The translations under genes and the position numbers were made by a program. 64,000 nucleotides of DNA. Origin: Eukaryota sp. TZLM1-RC. Its lineage: Eukaryota; Protista; Metamonada: BaSk clade. Below are positions 14,223-25,344 of the stretch, in pieces. The stretch covers positions 2,542,001-2,606,000 of the forward strand of contig JAUPSS010000003.1 of NCBI GenBank assembly GCA_040285825.1. Direction: 5' to 3'. The notes under the pieces are model-generated. The model ran no database searches and was not told the DNA's origin. It saw nothing but the letters and a program-made list of their open reading frames with translations. Numbering within the stretch: the stretch's first letter is position 1; every line of letters starts with the position of its first letter.

Positions 14223-14618
14223 ATGAACTCAACTCCACTGATGTCTCTCCCATCTGTAGACCTACGTACTCCTAGTAGCAAGTCCTATGGGTATCCACAA
14301 ACTCCTCGTCGTGCGCTAGCTGATATATCTAACTCCAAGTTCACTACTTCCTCTCTTGACGCTTCTGCTAACATCGAACATTCTTCATGTGACCCTTCCT
14401 ATGATCCATCAACGTCTGCTGTTCCTACAATGTTCCAACATTTTGATCTCGATCGTTTTGCCGAACTGTACTGTTATAGTAGAGCTGGTGTCTTGGATGC
14501 TTTTCTCCTGGATGATGAAACAGAGGATGCAGTAGAAGATCCAATTCATTCGTGCAGAAATGCTTATTATTTTGAAGATTCGTGGGTTGAGCCACTTTCT
14601 CTAGAATGTTCTTTTTAA
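14223..14618 (+). CDS. Small D-box protein with acidic C-terminus, securin-like candidate (131 aa from first ATG)
   Basis: Uninterrupted ORF; RRALADISN fits RxxLxxxxN; TP sites; NIE...PSYDP; acidic tail. Confidence 0.6.
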   Translation: MNSTPLMSLPSVDLRTPSSKSYGYPQTPRRALADISNSKFTTSSLDASANIEHSSCDPSYDPSTSAVPTMFQHFDLDRFAELYCYSRAGVLDAFLLDDETEDAVEDPIHSCRNAYYFEDSWVEPLSLECSF

Positions 14619-15151
14619 TTGTTCAATTAGTCATTTACAATAGAAATAGTGTGTTTTTCAACATATTTGTTACATAAATTCCTTTCTTTGTCCTTTTTAT
14701 TCTCAATTTACTGCTCATTTGCACTCCAATCAATTTGCAAACATACAATGTACTTGGTATGGTTTAACAACCCCTAATAACAACTCCTTATATAACCAAG
14801 AACTTGCTTTGTATTCAACTGTTTGTTGAAGCAGAAATGAACTGATTATGAACCGCTGAGTTTAACTGAATTATCTGACCTTTCCATTTGGTTAAAGTAA
14901 CTATTGAAGCAGAAAAGAGTGATCAACTTGTTGTGCAAATGATTTTACTTATGCTGAAATGGACCAAAATTAAAAAAATATTACTTTACTTAATTGAAAT
15001 TTCAACTAAAAAAGGGTTATACTTTGTGAAATACAGAGAAACCCAATAAGCCACAACGAAAAATTAATGAAAATAAACACTAAAAAATAAATACAAGTAG
15101 GATAAATACAAAAAAACTAACCCCAACGCAAACCAAAAACTAACCCAAACC

Positions 15152-15721
15152 CTAACTTTGACTCTGACTCTCCTGTGCTTTTTGTTTTTTCGGAGGTTCT
15201 GTTGGGGTTGGTGGAGGTTGGTTTGGGGTATTGGGAATAGGCTGCCCCAGCAAAGGACACCTATTCTTTGTATGTCCTGTTTGACCACAATTAGAACAAT
15301 TGTAGGACCCTCGAGAACCCTTTTGTGGATTCTTCTGTCTGTACAGAGTAGCAATACACTTAAGTAGGTCGTTAGTACTTGCTGGCACTACTAGCGATAA
15401 AGAGCTATCTCTGCTGTGGTGATCAAAGACAAGCACGGGAAGCCTCTCCTGAAGACGGGCAACCATCTGGTTGGCATCATTCCGTTCAAAAGAAGGAGGG
15501 TGTAAATGTGGACAGAGCTCGCTGACCTGGTGCAGGACGCAAACTTTACCCTTGCAGAAATGTGCAAGAAGTTCCTTCACGGCAACGGCCCTAGGATCTG
15601 TACGTTGTTTTAAGTCATCCTTTGCCTCTTTTAAGTCACGGTAAGGTAGCGTAAGAGGTGTGTGGATGCGTTGCCGTATTTCTTGGTGTGTGGGGGGATT
15701 TTGAGGCTTTGTCATCCACAT
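15152..15721 (-). CDS. Hypothetical protein with CCHC zinc knuckle and Pro-rich/basic tail
   Basis: Intact ORF; CSNCGQTGHTKNRC fits CX2CX4HX4C. First ATG at 15721 (the track start is GTG). Confidence 0.6.
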   Translation of the reverse strand: MWMTKPQNPPTHQEIRQRIHTPLTLPYRDLKEAKDDLKQRTDPRAVAVKELLAHFCKGKVCVLHQVSELCPHLHPPSFERNDANQMVARLQERLPVLVFDHHSRDSSLSLVVPASTNDLLKCIATLYRQKNPQKGSRGSYNCSNCGQTGHTKNRCPLLGQPIPNTPNQPPPTPTEPPKKQKAQESQSQS

Positions 15722-15999
15722 AAATGGAGAGGGAAATATTGTTTCGAGGAGAGAGAATTTTCGTTTACGGGAAACCACAACATCAAAGCATATTTTTCAC
15801 TCAAATGGAGCGGTAAACACGGTGTTATGATGCTAAACATACGACAATCATGCTTTAAAACGATTGAGTATTATGAGCCTCATGTACTGTCAACATCACA
15901 CAATTCTTATTACAGGACAACTTTTTCTCTACTTGCCACAATATCTGTCTTTATTTTAGAAGATTCATTCATTTTCGAGGTATGTCTTCTCAATATTTA

Positions 16000-17440
16000 G
16001 TGGCATCAGCTATGGCAACCGAAATCTCAACGTACCTAATGTTTATCTTGATTAATTAATATTTTGTTGTTTGTAAAAATACAAAAACTAGACATATCCA
16101 AGGCTTTGAAAAATTGAATCATCCATTTTCTCTCGTCTGAATCCTGTGTAAGAAACAATTTTTGCCATTCTGTTGATAAATTTGAAGATTCAACTCAAAT
16201 TCTGTAAATTAATCCAACTAATGTTGGTACTAATACTACCAGTATCAAATTGATATTATTTAACTAATGTCTATACCAAAAATTGTATTCAAAATACAAT
16301 CCTAAGTGAGTGGTAAATTTGTGACACTTGATCATCTTCATCACACTACTGTGGCAGACACCTCTAACAAAATGGAGCTTCCATATGAAGGGGTTATCTT
16401 TCAAAAACAACTTGAATTCTCATTGAAATGAGCATTTTGGAGCCGAAGGAAAACAATAATCATTGTTGTCAAAGAAAATACTATAAGACCTAGGGGCGTT
16501 CTGTCTAAAATGCTTGACAGAAAGGAAAAAATAGCAAAAGCAAAATGGATTTCTCTCCAAATTCACTCATGATGCATATCGCTAACGATTCAACTACCAA
16601 GTCTAAATTAATCCAACTTATTTGCGGCTGTGTAATAAGTATCAACAAAAATTGTCAAAGATTTTGGAAAGCTTAGATTTTGATGTTAGACTTGGTTTGG
16701 TCAGGAAAAGGAATTCCACTTTTGCAAATTCATTGAAAGATATGTGTGATGGTACATCTTCTGCTTTAGTAACAATTATGCCTCAAGATTATAGCACTCT
16801 CTTATCTGATTCTGCCTGGACTTTGAATATGAGACTTCGTTCCATTTTCTGACTTGATAATTCACCTCAAAAAAAATTTGCAAATGTAGACGAACAGTTA
16901 CAATCACTCAATTTTTCAGATGTCAACATTTTATTACTTGTAGAAGCAAGATTCATGATGCTGTAAAACACCAATTATATTGTATGTGCAAGTCTCATGG
17001 AATTGAATCATTTTTGAAACCTTTGTTGTCAAATCTGTGAGATGCTTAAGATGATTTTCAGAACAACAACAGAGGAGATATCATATTATTCTGGTAAATC
17101 CAAAAGATAGTGAAAAAAATAGTGAACTATTGTCCAAACTGTCAAGCCAACAAAATATAATTTGTAGACATTAGTATTTTTTTTATTTGGTTCACTTGTT
17201 CCCCCTTGCTTCATCGTTTTTGGCAAAATTTGAAGTGATTGTAAAAAAACCAACTGAAATTTTAACAGATTGTTTTGGCAAAATTGAATTATCTTTTCCT
17301 TTTTAAGGGGAGGTGGAAGAAGGTTTGAGATGCCTTGCTTCCTCTTGGATCTCACGATTAGAAAGTTGCATGTAGTTGACTTGTTTTGGAAGAGATAAAT
17401 TATTGAGATGTTGATTTTGAAGTTGTTTAATAAACAAAAA
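16000..17440 (+). mobile_element. Degenerate CRE-like non-LTR retrotransposon (RT remnant to REL and tail)
   Basis: LNMRLRS, CRSKIHDAVKHQLYCMCKSH, RGDI and FNRLFWQN match 27867-28562; ends AATAAACAAAAA. Confidence 0.8.
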
Positions 17441-18664
17441 TTATGGAAACAATAAATTATAATTTCAGCACATCACTGTTGTCGACAACAAGTTCACCAT
17501 CCCAAAAACTGTGTGCTGATGTCGTTCAATGAGCCACAATTTCGAGTTTCGCAACTCATGGGTCTGAGTGCTCATGTGTAGGTATATACAAATCCTAAAT
17601 ATCACCAAGCAGACGCAGAAACCAACGATTTAGCAATAAACTCCTCGAATTATCTAGGTAATGTTGAAATGATAATTGTTGTGACAAGTTATTTTATTGA
17701 AATTACAAGGATCTATAGGAATTTTATTTTATAAGGGAAAAGTTTTGTGGATTTATAGGGGACCTGTTTTGTCAAAATTTGTTTGGGAAGCGTTTTCACT
17801 GTGTTATCTTTTTGTATGTTTCTTATTCCTTTCCGCTTTCATTCACTACAATGACGGATAATCTTCAATTATTGTTCAACTATTCATTGTGAAACCTCTT
17901 GTTGTGAGCAACACTTTTTGACACAACTTCCATTTTCCATTGACGTTCTATCAGTGTGATATTATGAGTTCAAAATGTCGCAAACAATTGCCACGCAGTA
18001 GAGTAAATAGAAAAATCACATGCTATTATGGAAAACATACTTATGTTGACTCTTCGACAATCTCAATTTCACCACTGTTTTATGGTTAGTCTTTTCTATT
18101 TGGTGATGACATGCAAAAGAAATTGAATATATTCTTGAATAGTTTTTGCAGTATCAATGTGAGCAACACCTTGAAGCAAGGTTTCTTGAGTAAGACAGAA
18201 ACCTAAGTGTGTTAAGTATATGTGCAGAAGTTGACAACCCATTAAACGTCTATACGTCAGTTGATGAGAATGCTGAATTGTTGAGTAGCAATAATGCCGA
18301 AATAGTGATGCCTTTCATAGAACCTCGTTCACAAACAGCAGCTTCCAATAATAATCCTCAGTTATAAACAACAAATAGAAGCAGAGGTCCATACAAATGA
18401 AATGTATGCAAAAGAATTGAAAAGGCAAGAACATGTGCTCACAACCCACAATAAATCAACAGTTCCTCGTCTTCATGATTCTTATAGATGAAAACACAGC
18501 GATATAGAAGCATTTGAAAAGTTGTCGCTGAGATTCATCAACTTCGAACTTGAAATTTGCACACGTTGAGCAAAAATTTGAACACGTATATTTATTGCCT
18601 TTTCGAACAAATTTCTAAAATTTTCTGTATCCACCAGTTGACATATCTTGTGCTCAGATTTCAA

Positions 18665-19329
18665 ATGAGTTACCAACAACTGTCTGAAGCTTCAACAGTA
18701 TATCTCATCATTCTACCTGACGTCAGACGAAATCATCTAAGGGTCCGATCTTGGCATTGGTGATCCTGGTTTTAGCATTCGGTGCCGCCGCCGCAATTGC
18801 ATTCTATGTATCATCAACTCAACCTCTGCAAAGAAAGTCCTTCACTTTCAATGTTGACAGCCTGAAATTCTTCAATTTACCAGAAATTGTTCTCGATTAC
18901 TTCTCCAATGTCAGAATTGGTGTGGACTTCAACGAACAATATTATTGGATTGACTCCACCGACATGGGACTTTTCTGCAGTGGATCAGGAATGCTCTTGT
19001 TGATCAAGAAAGTAACATGCAGAGAAATCCCTATTGACTGTGCCGACCTCACAAATGCTCTTTTTGTTCCTCCAGCTGCCGAGAAAAATGGAACCAAAGT
19101 GCTTGACGGATACCCTTGTAATAACTGGGTTTACGATGATAAGTCATGGTGTCTTTCCGATGATTTTGCTGTTATCAACACAAGAAATCTCATGGAGGTT
19201 TGTAGTCAGGGTGTTTGTGCACGCTTGTCAGCACATAAGCCCATGTCTCCCTATTATATTAGATGTATTCCTTTTGGTGATGATGTATGTGACAACAATG
19301 CACCAGAACTCGACAAGTCTAATCATTAG
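18665..19329 (+). CDS. Type II membrane, Cys-rich, ependymin-like protein; exons 18665-18697 and 18727-19329 (211 aa)
   Basis: Splicing gives MSYQQLSEAST-TKSSKGPILALVILVLAF. One hydrophobic segment; GTKVLDGYPCNNW resembles the ependymin-related motif (by eye). Confidence 0.7.
18698..18726 (+). other. 29-nt GT-AG spliceosomal intron (phase 0)
   Basis: GTATAT...CTGACGTCAG. Removal joins the nearby upstream ATG in frame to the downstream ORF, which has no ATG before its TM segment. Confidence 0.72.
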
Positions 19330-19599
19330 TTTACATTGTATTGTTAGATTCGATGATGAAAATAAAATGACGATTGGCAACAAGTACTTTCATTAACAGT
19401 ACTTTCTACTAACATCAGACCGTTCTCCGTGAATTTCTATTGAGCAATAAATAGTAATAGAATCATCAAATACACAACTAAAACTCCACAATTTCAAAAC
19501 ATGCCTCTCCCACATCGAAACGGTGAATTATTCACGATTCACAAATTTCACCAATTGAAGAAAGTCAGAAATTAGCTTTCCCGTTCACTGATCAATTGA

Positions 19600-20280
19600 T
19601 AACTAGTACAATTTCGAATGTCTACCAAAAAAGCAGCAAAGACGGGATTATTAATTTTAGTCACACTGTATTGAATTATATTAAATTTTAAAGAACAAGC
19701 GGCAAATATCAAAATACAAGTGTTGAGTTTCATCAACCCATACCAAATTAATAATCACATCGAATGAAGCTTAATTCGGGGCCTCTAGTATAGAGCCCCG
19801 TTGTCTAGGGACTCTATTTGGTAAAGGGCTGTATTCAGTAGTTTATCCCATTTAATTCAATTGCACATAGAAATAGAAAATTTGGCTTATAAACTTTCAT
19901 TTCTGGCGCAATGTTCATGAAAGATCTGAAATTCCATTGTTCAATTTACTTTTTCTGTTGGCGTCAACCTTAGCTTGTAAAATTCTGTGAAAGCATGAAT
20001 TATGAAGTAAGACTTGGTTTGGCCACAACTCAGTGTACAAAGAATTATGTTTAGACCACACTGGGGATTTCTCATTGTTTGAGAATGAAGTCTAGAGTAT
20101 TTATTTTGTCCTTTTTGATGTTTGCAAAAGAAGCTAATTTCATGAATTTATCCAAAAATTCCCCATTATTTGCATGGACCAACAATACTTCTAATCGTGA
20201 GCAGTACTTTTGCAACGTTTCCATTGTATTGATGTCAATCTCGCCTAGAATAGTCTAATTAGGGAAGGCGTTGTCATGAC
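19600..20280 (-). mobile_element. Highly degenerate CRE-like fragments
   Basis: GCAGCAAAGACGGGATTATTAAT..TAGTCACACT at ~19633 nearly matches ~26168; the rest is weakly similar. Confidence 0.45.
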
Positions 20281-20347
20281 TTTTGCATTTCAATGACACT
20301 TAGAATAGTGATCTGCTTGAAGCAGTTCATATCTCGTTAACGTAACT

Positions 20348-20494
20348 TGTTGTACTGTGGACAATTAGTCTAGTACATTTGTATTTATATAGTATACTTC
20401 ACTAGTGATGGCCTTTATGAGGGCCAGTGAGGGCCGGTGAAATTCAAATAAATTTATCCTTACTCTTTGTCATCATATGACACAGACGGCATCA
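20348..20494 (+). repeat. 5' LTR, family A copy 1 (147 bp, includes a 10-bp tandem duplication)
   Basis: Direct repeat of 30683, 44174 and 47865. Confidence 0.95.
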
Positions 20495-23190
20495 TTAAAT
20501 AATGGCCCGAAAGACCACAATAATAACGCTCCTTCCTCTCTGAGGAAGAGTAATGTTTCTTCTTTGAATGAGAAGAATCCGCCACCACGCACGGTGAGTA
20601 AACCTCCCTCGACGGAAAGTAGCCCTTCCCTCGGGAAGAGAGCGTCCCCACAGAATGAGAGTAACTATGTGAACCTTTTCCCCGGGTACGACCCCAATAA
20701 CATGCTTCCTTATGGAGCTAAGCTCGTACCGGGTAAAGGAACCAACACTGAGCTTTTCGTCAAGCCAGTTGATGGGGAAGGCACGGGTTCCTCGAATCCA
20801 AACTCTCCTCCTTCTGATACTGGTGAACCTAAAGAAAAAGATCAGCCAGTTACTACGGTTACATCTCAGCAGGGCGAGGACAACCCTAACGACAGTGACG
20901 GTGACGGGAATGGTGATGAACCACCCAGACGCCCATCCTCTTCTGCAGATTGGACAGATACGGAATACCGCACTTCTCAAGAGTGGTACCGTAAACAATT
21001 AAGAGAAAAGGTAACCCTTGTCGTTCAGGAGTTCCTCCTGAATATTCGAGCCTCTCCACCCGATGATATTAGGGATTGGAATGTTGACGAATTCGTCAAG
21101 GCCATTGAGACAGAGGCAAATGTTTTCTCGGACCCCAGTTACGTAGGTGACAGGGACGAGGTCCTAAAGAAAAGATGGCCATTCCTCTTTGGTAGCTCGC
21201 GTGGTTATACCATGGACGATGTAGTTCACCAAGAACAAGATCAAAGCCCGGATATGTTAACTAAGCTAGATCAATGTTCTGAGAGTGTAGTGCAATATGT
21301 AGCAGAAGATCCTGAGAATTGTTACTTCGACAACCCACGTTCGAAATACCAGACTGCTACCCCAAAACCACAGTTTTGGCACAGCGATGCCATTCCTGAT
21401 CAACGGATCCGTGCTAGAAATCAATATTCCCTAGGCAACGAGTTGGAAGATGGTCGTATGTTTTGGATTGCCAAAATGTACCCTCATCACCAAGAAGGCC
21501 GTATGATGAGAGGAGCAGTAAGACACTTCCTTGTTGAAAACATTCATCCTAGGGATAGAATGACGGATGTGTTAACGCTATTAGGTAGTATGTTCGTTGC
21601 TGATCGCGGAGATACAATTCAATTTCACCGCAAGGAAACCTTTGTGAGAATCAAGTGAACCAAGATCATTGAATTAGTTGAACAACGAGTAGGACCTAAT
21701 AATATAAAACTGGTTTATTCAGATCCTTGGATAGTTAAGCACAAAGCTTGGGTTGACAGCTACCCAGATCAGAGAGTTTTTGAAAATGTCCTGGTCAAAA
21801 GTAGTTGCCTCCCTTATAAACATCATGTGGATGGAGTCCCTCAAAATTCTAAAGATGCTCCAGATTGGGCTACTTTTGAACCTGATACTCAGAAGTTGCC
21901 TGAGCAGGATGATCCACCCAAATATCGCCAAATCCTAGATTTAAGCGAGATGCTACCATCTGAAGAAGCAAATCAATTGTTATTCTCCACTCCTTCAGTA
22001 GCACCGTATCTAGGAAGAAGACGATCATCTGCACAAGCTTCTGGGCAGAGTACTCCTGTCCTTCCCACTATTCCCTTGGTAGCAAGTAGTCCTTCGACTA
22101 ACATACCAAGAGACCTTTTAGTTCTTTCCTCTGGTGTATACACCAAACCATTCACTAATGAAGAAAAGCTCATCAAAAAAATAGAAGAAAGGAAAAGACA
22201 ACTAAAGAAATTGGATGATGGTTTTGATTCCAAGAAAATTTTCGATTTTGTGGTAAATTTTGCGAATTGGGCTAAAACCAAAAGGGACCGAGATGGACCT
22301 ATTGGACCTTTTCAGCCGATCACCAAATATGGAGAGCCAATCCACGAATTTGATTCAGTACGTTCGATGTTTTATGAAGTGGATCCCCTATATTTGAGCG
22401 AAATGATCGAGGGCACAGTTATGAATCAATGGAAAACTCGTTTTGGAGGTCGCAAAGAACCTTTAGACAGAAATGCAACCGACCACGAGATTTGGGAATT
22501 TTTGCTATTTAGCACCCAATATAGAACACTTTCTGAAGTTCATGCTGCTAATTCAGCCACAAAACCACCCGAGATTAGTCGCAAATTTGCGGAGGTAATT
22601 TGGAACACTTTCATCCAACAATTTGTTTATATCATAAGACGGTCAACCGCTATGCCAGGAACCGATGGGCAGCCCTCAGTTGTTTACCCTGCTAGATTCA
22701 TTTTACAGGAGATTAACAAGAAAACTAACAATCAACTAGTCAATACCTATGCAATTTGGATTGACGAATTTCCTCCAGGAAGGAAAATGTTAGAAAACTT
22801 AGCGATGCTATCTGCGATTTAGGGCAAGCTTTTACTCTGAAGATGACAGAATACCAAAATTCAAAACTGTCTAATGTCAAAATATCATTTGGAAACAAGC
22901 CTTCGTTCAGAGGACCTAGCCAGTCAAGAGGTCTCTCCAGAGGTCACCCTAGATGATCTAGAGGTGGCGGTAGAGGTAAACATCATCCCAAGCAAACCCC
23001 ATCTGGGCAATGGTGCAGCATCTGTAATACAGATACACATGCGGAAGAAGAATGCTTCTCCGTCGTTGGCAAACCCGGAAGTAAGCAACTAAGAGGAGGA
23101 GATGGTAGTAAACGTGGTAACGTAGATAATAAATCAGTTGAATATTCATCTTTTAATCTTACTAATAATTCGTGCAATTCCATTAATAAA
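20477..23190 (+). pseudogene. gag: Long gag-like region with large unknown N-terminal extension and CCHC knuckle
   Basis: One frame from 20477 to ~22800 with TGA at 21656-21658. After a frameshift, WCSICNTDTHAEEEC is in frame with pol. Confidence 0.75.
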
Positions 23191-24818
23191 ATGAGCAAAA
23201 TTGACTCGAAGTATAAACACCTAAATCCATTAAAAAAATTTAGAGAGTCATCCAATCCTGTGGGTTCTATTCACAGTGTTAGACTATCCAGGGTGACAGG
23301 AGACCAAATAAGTTTTAACGGGGAAATCTGGTTGACCTGCTCAATAAATAACGTGGAAGTACAAAGCGAAATCGATAATGGAGCTGCATTCCCAGCATTA
23401 TCGATGGATCTAGCCTTAAAATGTCGAAAGACAATTGACGAGAATAAAACCGTCGAATACCTATCGGTAAATGGTATTCCCTGTACGACCCTAGGAAGTG
23501 CGAATGGTGTTCTTGCTCTTAATGTGGGTAGCTTGTCCACTCAAGTGTATTTAAATATCGAATTTCAAATCATACCTGGTATCAATAATTTTTTGATTGG
23601 AAGAGACATTTTACCAACCTTAGGACTGCGCACGGAGCACAATATTATTATTAGTTTAGACCGCGAACATCGCACCATCTTGAATGCAGAATGTGAGTTT
23701 GATGACAGAATCTGTCAACCTGTTAATTGTATTGATTTAATAGAGAATAAAACTATGTTAGGGAATAGTATTGGGCACTCCACATTCAAACATTATTTAG
23801 ATGAGTTGGGCTGTAGAATATGCCTTGATGACATTAGGGACGAGGAACGCCTAGTCTTGCTACTAGAAGAATACAGAGATGTGTTTAGTGGGCTACCTCA
23901 CCCGGATGGAATAGATTGTCAGCCGATGACCATTGCATTTTACAACGAAAGTAAGATCGTCAAAAGGAAACCTCGAAGATTAAACCCAGAAAAACAACGG
24001 GTAGCCGAGGAAATTTTTAACGAATTGATCCGTAATGGATTTGCTGTGCCCGCAAAGTCTCAATTCAGTAGTCCCATCTGTCTCGTGATTTACCCTGATA
24101 ACAAAAAAAACCATGATTAACTGGCGATTTTAGTGGTATTGGTGGAGTAAATGATTTAACTAAATCTGTAGAGGCAAATTTGCCCAGGATTAGCGACATT
24201 TCAGAGTTTCTAAGTAAAGCTAATTATATAGCAACTCTAGATTTACCTAAGGCATTTTGGCAGCTAAAAATTGCAGAAGAGGATATTGATAAGACTACCG
24301 TATCAATTCCCGGGATGTCGATCAGTTTTAAAAGGGCTTGTTTTGGTTTGAAGAACGTTACTGCAGTCTCCCAAAACATAATGATGGAATTACATGATTC
24401 TGAGGGCGTATTTATTGATATCGATGATATAATAATAGTAGCTTCGACCCTGGATGAATTTCTATCAAGAGTAGGTACGGTCCTAGAACGCGCCAAACGT
24501 TTTAGAGTTAACCTTGGCCCATCCAAGTGTAGCTTTACCACTTGCAAACATAAAATAAAAATTCTAGGTAGTATTTTTGCAAACAAAACCCGTTATATAG
24601 ATGAATCTAGGATTGAGGGACTAATTAACCTACCCAAACCAAGGACACTACCTGAATTTAGGAGTTTTATAGGTTCAATTAATAATACGTGACTGGTTAC
24701 CTAATTTGTCTGACTTGATAGAACCAATCAACAAATTGACTAGGAACAAACCGTCAAAGATCAAGAGGACTTCTGATCATGACGAGGCTTTTGAAATAAT
24801 TATTAATCTTATCAAGGC
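23191..24818 (+). pseudogene. pol: pol: aspartic protease and reverse transcriptase
   Basis: EIDNGA, LIGRDIL, FSSPI, LDLPKAFWQ, FGLKN, FIDIDDII. Confidence 0.9.
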
Positions 24819-24901
24819 TTATCTCCAAATGTTTGATTATTGGCCATGAACCAATTGAATTTTTCATTAATGATGTCAATGTTCTCTTTATCAATTATGA
24901 T

Positions 24902-25340
24902 TTACTTTTATTGAAAATTAAGAAGAAACTACTTGAATACTAAAAAACAACTACCTACCAACATTGACGATCTTCTCTTTTCTTTTGAAGAATATAATTA
25001 AAAGCACTGTGGCATTTAAAGTTATTCTTCAAAATGATACAACTAATTTCATCTGCTACCTCATTCTATCCAAATTGGTCAAACAGTATTTTTGTTTTAG
25101 TGTAAAAACCCCCATTAACACTAAAAACGAGATGAACAATTTGGTTAATTAAGTTGAATTCTTTTAAAATTGAATACTTTGCAATTTTATCAGAATAAGC
25201 TTTCGAAAAAGCATCACTCCAATTATTACCATAACCTCCAACTATGGTAACATCCAAAACAATTTTGGTTGACGTTTGAAAGCCATCAACACGTAACTGC
25301 TTATTTAAACCAAATTTAAATTCCTTTTCAGATTCAAAAT
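24902..25340 (-). mobile_element. Non-LTR 3' fragment Z (REL nuclease of a distinct family)
   Basis: RVDG...IVLDVTIV...KIAKYS...VFSVNGG followed by AATAAAAGTAAA. Confidence 0.65.
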
Positions 25341-25344
25341 TATT

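Noticed and set aside
15110-15160. Telomere-like AACCC repeats
   Set aside because: Irregular and short; a T/G-rich 3' UTR of the minus-strand gene.
20495-20998. Antisense and alternate-frame ORFs (also 44311-44814, 20712-21002 and many short track ORFs)
   Set aside because: Shadows of the sense ORF; shared only because the copies are near-identical.
20477-21658. RIP-like C>T hypermutation
   Set aside because: Differences between copies 1 and 2 include many transversions, and CpG-rich hAT ends persist; no clear signature by eye.
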